From Candidatus Woesearchaeota archaeon (GTDB lineage Archaea > Nanobdellota > Nanobdellia > Woesearchaeales > ARS49): a stretch of 64,000 nt of DNA. Position numbers and translations under genes: made by a program. The notes beneath the pieces were generated by a model. It did no database searches. It was not told the origin of the DNA and was given only the letters and a program-made list of their open reading frames with translations. Numbering within the stretch: position 1 is the first letter of the stretch; each line of letters starts with the position of its first letter. The stretch is taken from NCBI GenBank assembly GCA_037445145.1, contig JBBILB010000005.1, forward strand, positions 4,820 through 68,819, given 5' to 3'. This document shows, in pieces, positions 55,601-57,103 of the stretch.

Positions 55601-57042
55601 GAGATTACACTCTGATTGAGCGTGACGCTCGTATTAAGCACAGAACAGCCGAGCTCTGGCGGCAGGTCCTGCTCGTACATTGAGCCGCAGCCTCCAAAGC
55701 CCACAATGTCAGGATAAGCTGATGCTGTCATTCCGAAAAAGTGCAATGTTGTTGGTGCAATGTCGCACTGCTTCCTGAACCCTGCTGTTGTCGCATTCGC
55801 TATCAGGCTTGCATTGTTCGTGATTAACGGCAAAACTGTTGTGTTCTCATCAAATGTTGAGTGCCCTGAAGTTCCTGAATTCCAGCCGTGGTCTGCTGTT
55901 ATGATGATTTGGGTGTGGTTTTCAAGCCCTGTATCCCTGAGAGTGTCCAAAAGCATTCCGAGAGCGCGGTCAATCTCGAGGAATGATGCATTGTATTCGT
56001 GCGACTTGTCTGTATGCACATGTCCTGAACAGTCAGGAGTGCCGAAATACATGAAGAGGTAGAATGAGCTGTTTGTGTTGTTGATTATGAAGTCTATTGC
56101 CCTTGTTGAGACATTCCTGTCGTACGCGCAGGCAGTGCCGTCCACCCAGTCTGTGTTCTCGTAGTTTGTCCTGTTCTGCCACCAGTCAACAGCAGGCTTG
56201 TCATTTGTGAGTATGCCGTCAGGAATGTAGCAGGTTTGCTTGCCGTAAACAAGCCCTGTGGCAATGCTTGTGTTGTAGAGGTTAAGGCGCCCCCATGTTG
56301 TGTTTCCTGAGGGTATTGCGTTCGGGCACGTGTTGTCCCATATGCCTGTGCGTGTTGCATTAAGCCCTGTGTGGAGTTCTGCATTGCCAGGCGCGGTGGC
56401 TGTGTAATTGTGGCCTGTTATGTTAAGTGTTGTATTCATGCCGCCGTACTGCATGAGGCGCGTGAAGTTTGTGAGGTTTCCTGCCTCAAGCATTGCCACA
56501 TAATTGCTGTTCAAGAAACCGTCAATGACTATGACTATGAGCCTCTTGTAATGCAGGTTTTCTGCTGTTATCCCAAGCTCTGATGTTCCAAGACTTGCAG
56601 GTGGCTGGTCTTCTTCGCCAAACTCGAATATTTCTGATTCAGCGCCAATGTGGAGCCTGAACCTTGGCACCCTGCTGTCCTCAAGAAGAACATTAAGCGT
56701 AACAACGTCATTCGGGCTTGCGTTCTCAAGCACAGAGAACGTGTGTGTCACGTCTCCTTCTACCCATACTGGCAGTGGCTCTGGAGCATTGTGCGAGAAC
56801 CTTATCTTGAGTATGCTTTCTGTCCGTTCTATGCTGATTATTCGTGTTTCAAAGGCAGGGTCGTCTGTTATCTTCCAACCCACTACTTTTCCGGTGTTAT
56901 CCGAGAGTTCTGAGATTGCCCTTCCGGTGAGTGATTTTGTTGTGCTTGTGTTTTTGGCTATGAAAAATACAGCGATGACAATGGCAAGTATGATAAGAAA
57001 CCTAACTATGAGCGCCTCTATTCGCTTTGTTGTCACAACCAT
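31627..57042 (-). CDS. Giant multi-anchored mosaic surface/signalling protein (8,471 aa)
   Basis: One ATG-initiated ORF of 25,416 nt with no stop. Recognisable domains run along its whole length (listed below). All long antisense ORFs are Ser/Ala/Leu-rich artefacts. Confidence 0.9.
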   Translation of the reverse strand: MVVTTKRIEALIVRFLIILAIVIAVFFIAKNTSTTKSLTGRAISELSDNTGKVVGWKITDDPAFETRIISIERTESILKIRFSHNAPEPLPVWVEGDVTHTFSVLENASPNDVVTLNVLLEDSRVPRFRLHIGAESEIFEFGEEDQPPASLGTSELGITAENLHYKRLIVIVIDGFLNSNYVAMLEAGNLTNFTRLMQYGGMNTTLNITGHNYTATAPGNAELHTGLNATRTGIWDNTCPNAIPSGNTTWGRLNLYNTSIATGLVYGKQTCYIPDGILTNDKPAVDWWQNRTNYENTDWVDGTACAYDRNVSTRAIDFIINNTNSSFYLFMYFGTPDCSGHVHTDKSHEYNASFLEIDRALGMLLDTLRDTGLENHTQIIITADHGWNSGTSGHSTFDENTTVLPLITNNASLIANATTAGFRKQCDIAPTTLHFFGMTASAYPDIVGFGGCGSMYEQDLPPELGCSVLNTSVTLNQSVISNTTCFIIANSSITLDCAGHTIKYNVHGGNRDFGIAAVNVTNITIKNCVIQDVNASGNNGYGINLTEVNESIIANNTIMTNSTVYGHGIYYYNGTLTVIDGNDIKTGAQTNNYGIFTSYVHDTNITHNRIVANGTSTCRGIIIQQWGENISIDRNNITAFGNGGNNVGLIIASSFNRITGNRLNTRGEYNNYGIEVNAGSNLIANNTVITSANASLTDNLANHGLNIYETVQHLSVLDNNIQVGTGYESHGIYQNASLTYAENHTFVGNTITTTCTNCYAIFLEGVNHTAFNRTILNNPTQWVFFTTDVTGGATYANFSNTTFQMSAGRIELDNFTIEGLVDIRKTKLNITTNRAYLNSTNLTFMNTTGKVRFDNVILNNPLPQRDPEDDGTYEDCPESICRFVSYSGNVYVMNVTQFTSYRLLQGNITSCGQVSGNATLMADINATGDCFTIGDSNTLFDCNGFSITGNGTGIGIICEGKSNVTITGCIVRNFTTGLYMHFTSDSNVTNNQFTNNTLNANFGTDARVNVTFNLLTNSRNAVIINGSSSHILFINNTLRNNTNAGIIFKGYPTTTEIIDNRISNSSAGILLSGGAYNSTIASNMLYNNTQGIRLSDSVRTTLVENNTFANNSQAGIRIDPSATNNTISTNTFADNLWSIILAGGINNTIRNNTLLAGIRGSLNITNGGYGNTIANTTLIANSTFESQHGTQGSAILTYPTNLSFNNPLTFSDAMNVALNSVFVNSTRAQELNKSAAITFINLFLEPNILVDPEDDGTFVNCSQKCTINQLDPGLILFNVSDFCTYVVNDTSILCRGDITNASLRANATYTGTTTNLTNNQTEGDGFGYAGTAGDMNGDGQKDMVVSAPYAAANASKRNVGRVYIMYGVYPYIPSGNATTISNITINGVNAEDNLGRAIASGDLNNDTRDDVIVASPGNKTVGILFMYNETGNINITREQLNVTINVSSITDIALATADLNNDNITDLIIGQVDWQNGSATSRGRVDVIFGRNEWPSQINLSQDANATFNGTDAGAYFGFSLATGDVNGDGMLDLAIGAPGTNITGVYKVGKVYVFYGSPEFGSRTIAEANLTLQGEPQVNGLNNTLALTGFSMYLRGDVNNDSISDILIGAPRGIAPPDKRDAGTAYIVFGGNNTGTINLSNANVTLYGVFGNELGVPPGERAGTSIFARDISNDSIADIYVGAPRAHVNGIMDAGITYTIYGRIEWPRFLNLTTNNITLCGQDENGLFGYSVFNGSTGVGKPGSKPKPTTTTTTSSENSETTTTTTTTTEQTTTTTTEETTTTTASPTTGGTFVLMGKFSELQELPEQEPVTQEQPAWLEAQEQPLSIQADSGSGGSQSSPQGDLLGDDVEMPDDAGQASDYDNPPPEPPTTTTTTTTTETTTTTTTTEETTTTTTTTTTETTTTTTTTSGPTGGGGGGGGGSCWQQWSCYEGPPKGVDFTQPYNELIYCDEYGPGNPPIGPCSIESVEQQVADSAYAKCCKTTTTTTTTTSEPLCGCPKACPLLDPLDNIPCPKPEEKEEAERVECGDGKPTELHQIEALKSQAKHEIMQEEIKRMTDEIIAASRAALGLPGQTADQLEQAYQPVTPEEAMRLEREEKAREEARKAMLGLAVHPLYKEQTALFRSNCIACNPLAQQKGNFITGPAALEGPNYAAPAQQITGNQKTKLKEDVLKTEDALTKLAQEDPALAQRVSAEVEECDARHKGAVEIGIPGGMPDISTAETRALANEMCAMKYGEPTMCDYQKCKCIPPCPDEQSHKPHPLITEIGYNFIEIFNPTEEAVDLGDGWGFEADFETTALPKEPPITYEEFMHIIGTWPAPGDTGIPPRTQILIAYSSNVNTASVASTTMPVTGPDGLVPGEYIVVDNLIIFTPAEPLRPFTAYSVSAEGIKSTTGRKSAPGKFSFETGSGISTYVPPDVCSADFLTEGGGVQTIHAPMSTELSNDLSALQSSNEKQVRNAVVALRYNHDPCVEPALSEIMNDPEATPQARENAMNILADKGSLDPEDLKAIAEEIPELAEPAREAMKKMPLVAKIPYGTMSTESMIRFDDKNVRAGLLGITAWQVAELGKESAKVSVSFTGPPPADDAPSIMPVFSDAKTSKPDEIIASAHPTDFNTALIDVATAIDTAFSAQGVPTQEIPPELEKAITPSTSIGTLKFMFPSSGASTLEPGGVKVVMINEEFIKEFGIMPDFMVGSGGYELEVPRMIPQFAQTPDLDIDKIRIAQTGHAELFREIPREYPVTPPEQPPEEGPEMPEPTEPMPVEETEQEVPPLAEPTQEPEPVLEPEQLCETVTDPSQGTDVAPAGEVDASQLPEGYEIIMAFNTTCEEGSKIDLSINIPDNFIDVRAFLQAAGSTSDVPSQTGFDPECNGMSSSAIRAQQIAQSRGEYYALREMPVILTQQAVTAPETTVSLATSGYAVDISQATGTANVSLSMPTNDVPYPANPSARIIGTPLLVSLSKPISGMVRVTFPLAIPKFIDPESIGVYVLIGNTWRQLNTEQGNDSISAVVEDIRPFLARNENGTYHVLFALAGIYCSTCPVTKLEKVYDGGMLDGKRTAVVLVHGITTDNLRWQFLIDDFAQTKQPFQVWLFSYPLTLSPEEAAAELASQLEQHASEYDQLVFITHSMGGIEAQLALDYGAKNNYGFVRKAKRAVFAGQPGLGSPTAEVYGRLFAFLLNLKSTAMLFSQNASMLKAAIEGIQVPRKPGIEYYVIAGRQPYKFTVDLFTKNGEYTPNDGIISTLSARSVGNSEITDMCNNYFEVPLTHTDLIDASLSRRIMERIVAKEYANAHPDMALIGYNKIVNINAECVPGAYIIAGRRISEAETEAPLLCNCGNGVCGEGENEVNCPSDCAVDVTYFFTCRVAPWLLYPAAFILLIVSAVYASRATKRHKYGRGAKTLLAITGIIVIAFIAMHATCRIPPLIGYGILIFIGVLLALTDFHVKHYKNPLFVICAVFVLMLAGFAGMQEAGSIFGQQITGAIAEEDIIENNVYVIMPEHRAEIIGSELAGSGVVMDLGVPLEEKKSASGFPLGVIDHVAHYNLDPRPIETLKIVIAGFDYDKNSATVRIKNVGTGMYVFTNELLRIKAGGNLWLDQIPYGYWLMPGEEGTFRFGSRTPEIASENSEFAGFVEQAETPESQEPLTEKPAIYSFPSPVHVHYGDLMLLTEVLLLGPGNDLPEIPTAPAVLALEGGLPATAERTEKLDREVLDYILLPAEQAELDLVALGGGVRYESRPGVLPDQDGGTPMVSKPEQRSNDFKHVLVENASMLENRLIDAAESVYGRGKNTTLARQAVGEFLAKKLESEEKAPVRLSIMPITGGVIFNLPRDKTLDVTETRKAFEEERGLSPLHEQAAKATELYASIISESPAQMILNAETASQTAALKPAKPAGGDLAVLYTLMPDQLLGGDLAITASLQNGKFLMLTADSPGQGATAAGIKAIIHDIVTKLIAGRVQNRSGQTILDPVSAQSILEYPPLLLEYLNNNTQGLFMPGANAVVSAAVYYPDSGYVVFSGAGLPVYVVAGKQLTEYDFPGAIGTNPDGKYTANYTLLDIEHMLFMPSIGIREQLNYTEVPFVETIDFNITLYMMSTYDSETSAAKLQEALDKHRGRNTTNEQPQEDEYSAIILRKITYPGGMPAGMPRQPAAPEAPGLLPPEEEAPPEFQPPEELPREGIPPERGIPSGGEIPPGGAVPVTFTPPKPEIYGRTWNRVDYEETSENKGGQPAGGVPAETIRSDMQETRFNTEYIAKQAGIIPPQGVWYTPMTGAAITDITGMQTAETIPVTEPTSTVNQLIETVAPAGASFATKAILVNNILQAAGTAEDIQSFQSTQLVQKAKAELIAELEAPVEGEKARQELIDYAVRDPNAPTLGEQIIDSIIDTATSAPGTANIAKLAKDTYNNALDARLNNLKTGLGRGRHQSATGHDEYSENPAVAGKMLEATPGGLPPKEEAKPTPPPQAQPASFSDTAQGKTQNAMDNLLISQARGYADRLSEAGLGQEAQDYLQRLSQAEHLRISGASAFGTAPVYVMPTITAGQTQQGITSTAGGTPITATTQKQSITAQQPTYTLPETTGYAITESGTPPVDEQQVLKERMQAAGYSTALQQQALTLTSKQDNAGLTTGLEGAPEVQDFLQEKALSDDFTMPAPKPVLTEKQKAIAALYVLEKGQGFGEGYDTSDLEAQFSKIDPDIQKSILEKLKGMELTSDGMPSCMRADISWTEEELKAIRSINFPTELVTRNPKPGERPQTPPDPAAELYGKLQEFFNQVVDEKTGRTLMDAIKSNMYSAEALQGIVKSLKKHKSPLGDIDTARLETLGNELEKLIDNNFETMTLLGNIIQAEAGSRLAQNSLSLYSNRQKIIAEQGEAAYAALELKNNLAREYEMLKAQESALHEAFYKGKASAADLQNTRQARQALERQITIADNPALKAKYDELKTIEAQEKELFERGLISLEEFEKARNKRKAFEESIQANRGAIRNLYKGFDKIDWKELGKKVNKMQEDLAGSIAANDADEKENPPKPDPKTGEMPPAKKAADKAKKAAEEAHKYTKQALQGNRAAIKNKMAAVASAQKEKELADALKQCEEYNKKVKEFNAIIAAWMDEDVVCQYLKCPLAEAGGNVITAAIIAPLRKLVAPITGMQGLGILTEQQLREAAGESQATNVQYKGGEGEPPLGEGTPETYGAGAPSGVVMSPDFFGLEGECEKICKEDCIRDCGWAETGITTLEPSLTIPGLVVEKTTMVPGCWVREGKECLAPPQFFEENKATKLKDLFDRLVRQAEEAAATGLAMKKTGLGAFSQTKDGNRQTVTDKYGYTETAPPTQLPTIILPDKIPKLEQQNALRRIEEARRAAQTIRAAIKSGGRHAMAKAAKDAIDAFEAMKEGLSAETRAQIEAIKEQIAAAEQELKDNAVRAKNFQLLVREGLEATGETDKFGRQVYTDVNGRRWVLMDMNGDGIEDERVLEAAGLAPIPPKQFVPPERKPGETDKEYNTRATEEFVRTQMRFDDWQEDLAKVRKEFPDAFRTLTKYMQDKFREISQTVARGTAGLQSVRQAAYTEAERMTIQKIKNDFLKTAQLDGNYDLQFLGYDKAGKPVIEILRLDENDKPIGKVIMNSIGVDAAAMSEITARTEGLSGKEYEDALKQVLDELGIDPAGIRNGMVYTSDEFYLDMDTTGFTAEDTRNLLNLPTGVYSFKTDAQGVIKDAKGNIVLGKAMLALTDANGNILRDKAGNPIPADPTNPPPNAVPVEIIVPQHVQDAYAQAGILLGMYQNGEIDKDHLITNLKLLEEDFLKGIPPERLEAMSTRVIETIGAGDMSLAGISERFRLMQEMTDTALLEEATTLISQFVQAGTTDRRLVSLSDQLVTYDELERGVSSVIEYMDISQRLDDILIKAGTSAEQFSKLSQKEQLALVNGLAGRSDIPADQLTMQERLEARKLLGDLIRLEPRTTTADSISQAIMDYNKAVIDDIRMRAQSGEALTAEEREVAKQDMLIRLETRFNEEQAIGDWANAGSIADIIAEEFAAEAYNLGIDLAAWKEDKKNLIASMDNILAMQKSASGIARAKETLKARSPTAYARLMELEQTEDPELRQQMLNEIYSTPEYYGMAASDVNALKAYLNEQAMAIEDARVATRDEKRIQELKENIAFFAKQYTIDKGSEELEAKKDALMSRISYFEKEIKADQELLREGRITRDQFNTRLAANNARVKELKNSIAQTHREILGNLFDKYIAELTPEQLMFTGIQQKHDEYKSLVQQREELSKALLAATTPETQQYISDQITKLDQQISDAISVMSDAMPLTTGAGLIGSTARSQATVESALANAIRMNDLALTTDKEIKEMVTKNQDAIGRINPKDVQKSLRDLETGTISEREAAASSLSYQTDKISSLVRDIEHLIQIRQARTAQGVEVSDIDEQIAILRKMAADAVPILQEIATGHSADIASASNKALSDFRILNDRQRLSEILAENERLTTVTIRMNELKKQAQASGIDVETLPEYQALSGEFQTLSAGTDVRTTDYNNMRQFYQNSLQDLDKQIAAAQLKLDKAILAQTKAREQGFGDQFGQFDIDQARAELYALKGQRDSMHALSMIMTSDDDLRIEKEQAIKDIVHLIDDYGTISSRKGSAWKDFEWLDERLQEQYGGDLELAKAGTQTYGEQIMDKISKYVEMHSQELLRKNPKMNPADARAQAIASAAGIVASMSGDANSDVLDTLKKYDIHEANTLENIVSFGISKIVEDSRTTKYRANAEMVSGILANVMSMAAQAERMEGLSETTKQQLKETFSKISSAQKQYGEVKDWFVRKDFEKRFGDTAGSAVIMVGSGAVGGFVGGAMQSLAEAYGASRWATTATSIISNGLAFHASNNIMSGDFSAEAWSPTAFAHSVAIMGGILGMNSLYRTLTSSWANEAASLVESKVLANVQRGKFIEGAIKVNEFGLEVGAFSTMDAISRASAGQQIDWGDIILDQVVLLGSIKTGGALARNVRETFIEENTLKWNGKSLEVARAGYEKRMEDLAVRERQLLDALRDNRWLANDKYAEAIRNIQAERVQLGDRLMKAEQNAIMNRLDNLLSGREWKSLPSEIRSRFASEETYRALAYRELADQYGRISDARNSIIEQMRAAELSNEIIRKDISGTTEGFRITTDFTIGELVGTARKVSPDLLPRISPEITVSKGRLTGELGMPAVRGGTPGAVIPERAIEAHTAAHEAIAKAYLRARETQAAQAYDTVRSQAQAGRTSTSLVAEETARVQSLVDAARKPPTTPKVIEELERTSPDLARRVATEIKEVQKESTRSRLDAVRKKLRETRPELEKVTDADVSMLIEVLEGKRDIIRQEITDNEISLLVQDLGDVRGRTPEGQPIRVEELGNIVERTVPKPAEAKPAEAAPPRPVEKTPIELAAERLRAVSEIARQEIEKGIIPKEVGRWRIESAQDAFVSEVLKEAERAGTAAKEPAAAKLSRLDAATLEAARSELDAYRKALENEVLTGERAVLDEAKLQNVRKVQSVLAEESARFTEMRSLLEQQRVMSARTETMIESKPAETTARTALELKGLDFLASTIETARKAITEAKPPIEEVKVLRPTLTQTQAKEWTAVEELAGKANDALGRLDIETARKNAREARERAEKLFEEADAARVHTELSIEEWTKFGELRDRARELDDVLTRITTGARPEGEFAPNKLIPGLEEKLATAPRVVRLKQLLGEGGFGTVFLADVEIPGVGIKEKAVKFMSEKAFEHVKMFAPKDVVVDFFLNDVVEAKGQPSKYSIARELGLPVSETWGLVRAEGTNYAYMIDVAKGKNVFDLTPAEAREAVRKTASKKIDEIVDALYRGIESGPNKGSYGIQDIANNLIIDPATGKVMLIDPGLLIRNKPWQVMYEEIARKAADAEARGMPEEAARLRLSLEKIAREAGVDPLRAKEASMTENPWYGAATMKDVLRAKAMRGEQEARIEQEPSEIQYILKTPDAPNLRLNMELFLLEKYTSEDATRLAEEFATADPVRRNELLGEFEAKGLKPQSLAPLLMGGMKLEDLQRAVEKAKAKPAEVPIVEIPGAPEKALLDTMTAEQFKSLKAEAGRKAAELEEILKESTIDDPMRQIARSTVVYTVLVGARPACLIAFNGPEGSTTLNGLPVKPSQLESFIEEFNRRTGSDLRVIFKEPFNMPLVRGGSEQRQGALVYSISRARQALKEFSTEKLANGRSVLTDEQVKQLETDEGLEQVIQEISGRKLVSGGAEATGILFGYGKTNTLDYMSFEAIKQKLMGIIEPDAEMLDKNTGKPVPTISNQKVILWFANPENKAAIETEFTPEEQALVSKFNKQQVALLNIAPEIRNMPSLNWVSTEPEETKLLQERYRELASTAEQPVAELVAMPVVSEEELSIISFGKLPEKEAEYAAPTGRTLGWGISAMKGAGIAAIALILLVMIALGMRAYAGRRRPEMTPAEIKADLESALRELRERKERLRKLK
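31744..31824 (-). other. Giant protein aa ~8407-8433: C-terminal TM anchor followed by a 38-aa basic tail
   Basis: GWGISAMKGAGIAAIALILLVMIALGM, then RAYAGRRRPEMTPAEIKADLESALRELRERKERLRKLK. Confidence 0.75.
33388..33945 (-). other. Giant protein aa ~7700-7885: minimal protein-kinase-like domain (RIO/Bud32-size)
   Basis: G-loop LGEGGFGTV (33892-33921), AVKFM (beta3 Lys), hinge-like YAYMIDVAKG, catalytic-loop-like IQDIANNLII (D and N present), MLIDPGL in place of DFG. No activation segment or APE. Confidence 0.6.
33973..44295 (-). other. Giant protein aa ~4250-7690: about 3,400 aa of predominantly alpha-helical / coiled-coil sequence, no recognised enzymatic domain
   Basis: A/E/K/L/Q/R-rich heptad-like sequence. 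Contains scattered Cys-rich (CEKICKEDCIRDC) and Ca-binding-like (DMNGDGIED) islands. Confidence 0.55.
36330..36600 (-). other. Giant protein aa ~6815-6905: Gly/Ala-rich hydrophobic pair (possible TM hairpin or membrane-insertion element)
   Basis: SAVIMVGSGAVGGFVGGAMQSLA ... TAFAHSVAIMGGILGMNSLY, with GxxxG-like spacing. Confidence 0.4.
44413..44631 (-). repeat. Giant protein aa ~4138-4210: Pro/Glu/Gly-rich linker
   Basis: GGMPAGMPRQPAAPEAPGLLPPEEEAPPEFQPPEELPREGIPPERGIPSGGEIPPGGAVP. Confidence 0.8.
44638..45360 (-). other. Giant protein aa ~3895-4135: SpoIIE/PP2C-like segment, apparently degenerate
   Basis: LGGDLAI...LMLTADSPGQGATAAGIKA, then VVFSGAGLPVYVV, then MLFMPSIGIRE (the usual TDG Asp is absent), then EDEYSAIILRK. 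Collinear with SpoIIE motifs. Confidence 0.4.
46168..46377 (-). other. Giant protein aa ~3556-3625: possible CARDB-like beta-sandwich
   Basis: KIVIAGFDYDKNSATVRIKNVGTGMYVFTNELLRIKAGG resembles CARDB strands. Weak. Confidence 0.3.
46618..46956 (-). other. Giant protein aa ~3363-3475: cluster of four TM helices, preceded by Cys motif CNCGNGVCGEGENEVNCPSDC
   Basis: VAPWLLYPAAFILLIVSAVYA / TLLAITGIIVIAFIAMHAT / LIGYGILIFIGVLLALTDF / LFVICAVFVLMLAGFAGM. Basic loops follow TM1 (SRATKRHKYGRGAK) and TM3 (HVKHYK). Confidence 0.7.
47173..47880 (-). other. Giant protein aa ~3055-3290: lipase/esterase-like alpha/beta hydrolase
   Basis: VVLVHGITT (oxyanion region), FITHSMGG (GxSxG nucleophile elbow, 47644-47661), NDGIIS (Asp) and PLTHTDL (His). 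Collinear with class 2 lipase / PGAP1-like esterases. Confidence 0.7.
49438..49680 (-). other. Giant protein aa ~2455-2535: HEAT-like helical repeats
   Basis: VRNAVVALRYNHDPCVEPALSEIMNDPEATPQARENAMNILADKG resembles PBS/HEAT repeats. Weak. Confidence 0.3.
49807..50250 (-). other. Giant protein aa ~2265-2412: possible lamin-tail-like / bacterial Ig-like beta-sandwich
   Basis: LITEIGYNFIEIFNPTEEAVDLGDGW resembles the LTD start. LIIFTPAEPLRPFTAYSVSAEGIKS resembles SbsA-type Ig-like strands. Weak. Confidence 0.35.
51058..51810 (-). repeat. Giant protein aa ~1745-1995: poly-Thr / acidic-Gln / poly-Gly / Cys-rich low-complexity linker with tandem DNA repeat
   Basis: Thr runs at aa 1749-1790, 1871-1910 and 1983-1992; G9 run at 1915-1923. 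Near-identical ~50-nt units at 51314-51366 and 51377-51426 (63-nt period, one-codon indel). Confidence 0.85.
51823..53085 (-). other. Giant protein aa ~1320-1740: seven FG-GAP/integrin-alpha-like repeats (beta-propeller)
   Basis: GDGFGYAGTAGDMNGDGQKDMVVSAP; GRAIASGDLNNDTRDDVIVASP; ATADLNNDNITDLIIG; FGFSLATGDVNGDGMLDLAIGAPG; GFSMYLRGDVNNDSISDILIGAP; GTSIFARDISNDSIADIYVGAP; LFGYSVFNG. Confidence 0.75.
53353..54300 (-). other. Giant protein aa ~915-1230: parallel beta-helix module 2
   Basis: LFDCNGFSITG start, then repeats (..VTITGCIVRN.., ..NVTNNQFTNN.., ..ILFINNTLRNN.., ..TEIIDNRISN.., ..STIASNMLYNN.., ..TLVENNTFANN.., ..NTISTNTFADN..). Followed by a second DPEDDGTFVNC cap (53272-53292). Confidence 0.7.
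54643..55635 (-). other. Giant protein aa ~470-800: parallel beta-helix (PbH1/NosD-like) module 1
   Basis: About 22-aa periodic repeats (..NITIKNCVI.., ..SIIANNTI.., ..NITHNRIV.., ..ISIDRNNI.., ..NRITGNRL..). Followed by a capping region with DPEDDGTYEDC (54427-54447). Confidence 0.7.
55708..56547 (-). other. Giant protein aa ~166-445: alkaline-phosphatase superfamily, NPP/type I phosphodiesterase-like domain
   Basis: VIVIDGF (metal Asp), NYTATAPGNAELHTGL (Thr nucleophile region), GTPDCSGHVH (D..GH), IITADHGW (DHG), in the canonical order. Confidence 0.75.
56953..57015 (-). other. Giant protein aa ~10-30: N-terminal signal-anchor TM
   Basis: KRIEALIVRFLIILAIVIAVFFIAK: basic residues followed by about 20 hydrophobic residues. 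Confidence 0.7.
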
Positions 57043-57103
57043 CCCCTTTTTATCAGCAAATTAACAACAAGGGTATTTAAACCTTGCTATAATTATAGAC
57101 GAA
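57043..57103. promoter_or_regulatory. 61-bp divergent promoter region between the giant ORF and the PIG-V-like GT-C gene
   Basis: GGTATTTAAACC (about 57072-57083) lies about 20-30 nt from the plus-strand ATG (57104) and about 30-40 nt from the minus-strand ATG (57042). AAAAGGGG immediately precedes the giant ORF ATG. Confidence 0.45.

Noticed and set aside
31627-57042. Possibility that the giant ORF is several adjacent genes or an assembly chimera
   Set aside because: There is no in-frame stop and no intergenic-like A/T-rich gap or TATA/SD signature inside 25.4 kb. Codon style looks uniform by eye. This cannot be excluded without read-level evidence, so it is kept as the main refutation test rather than adopted.
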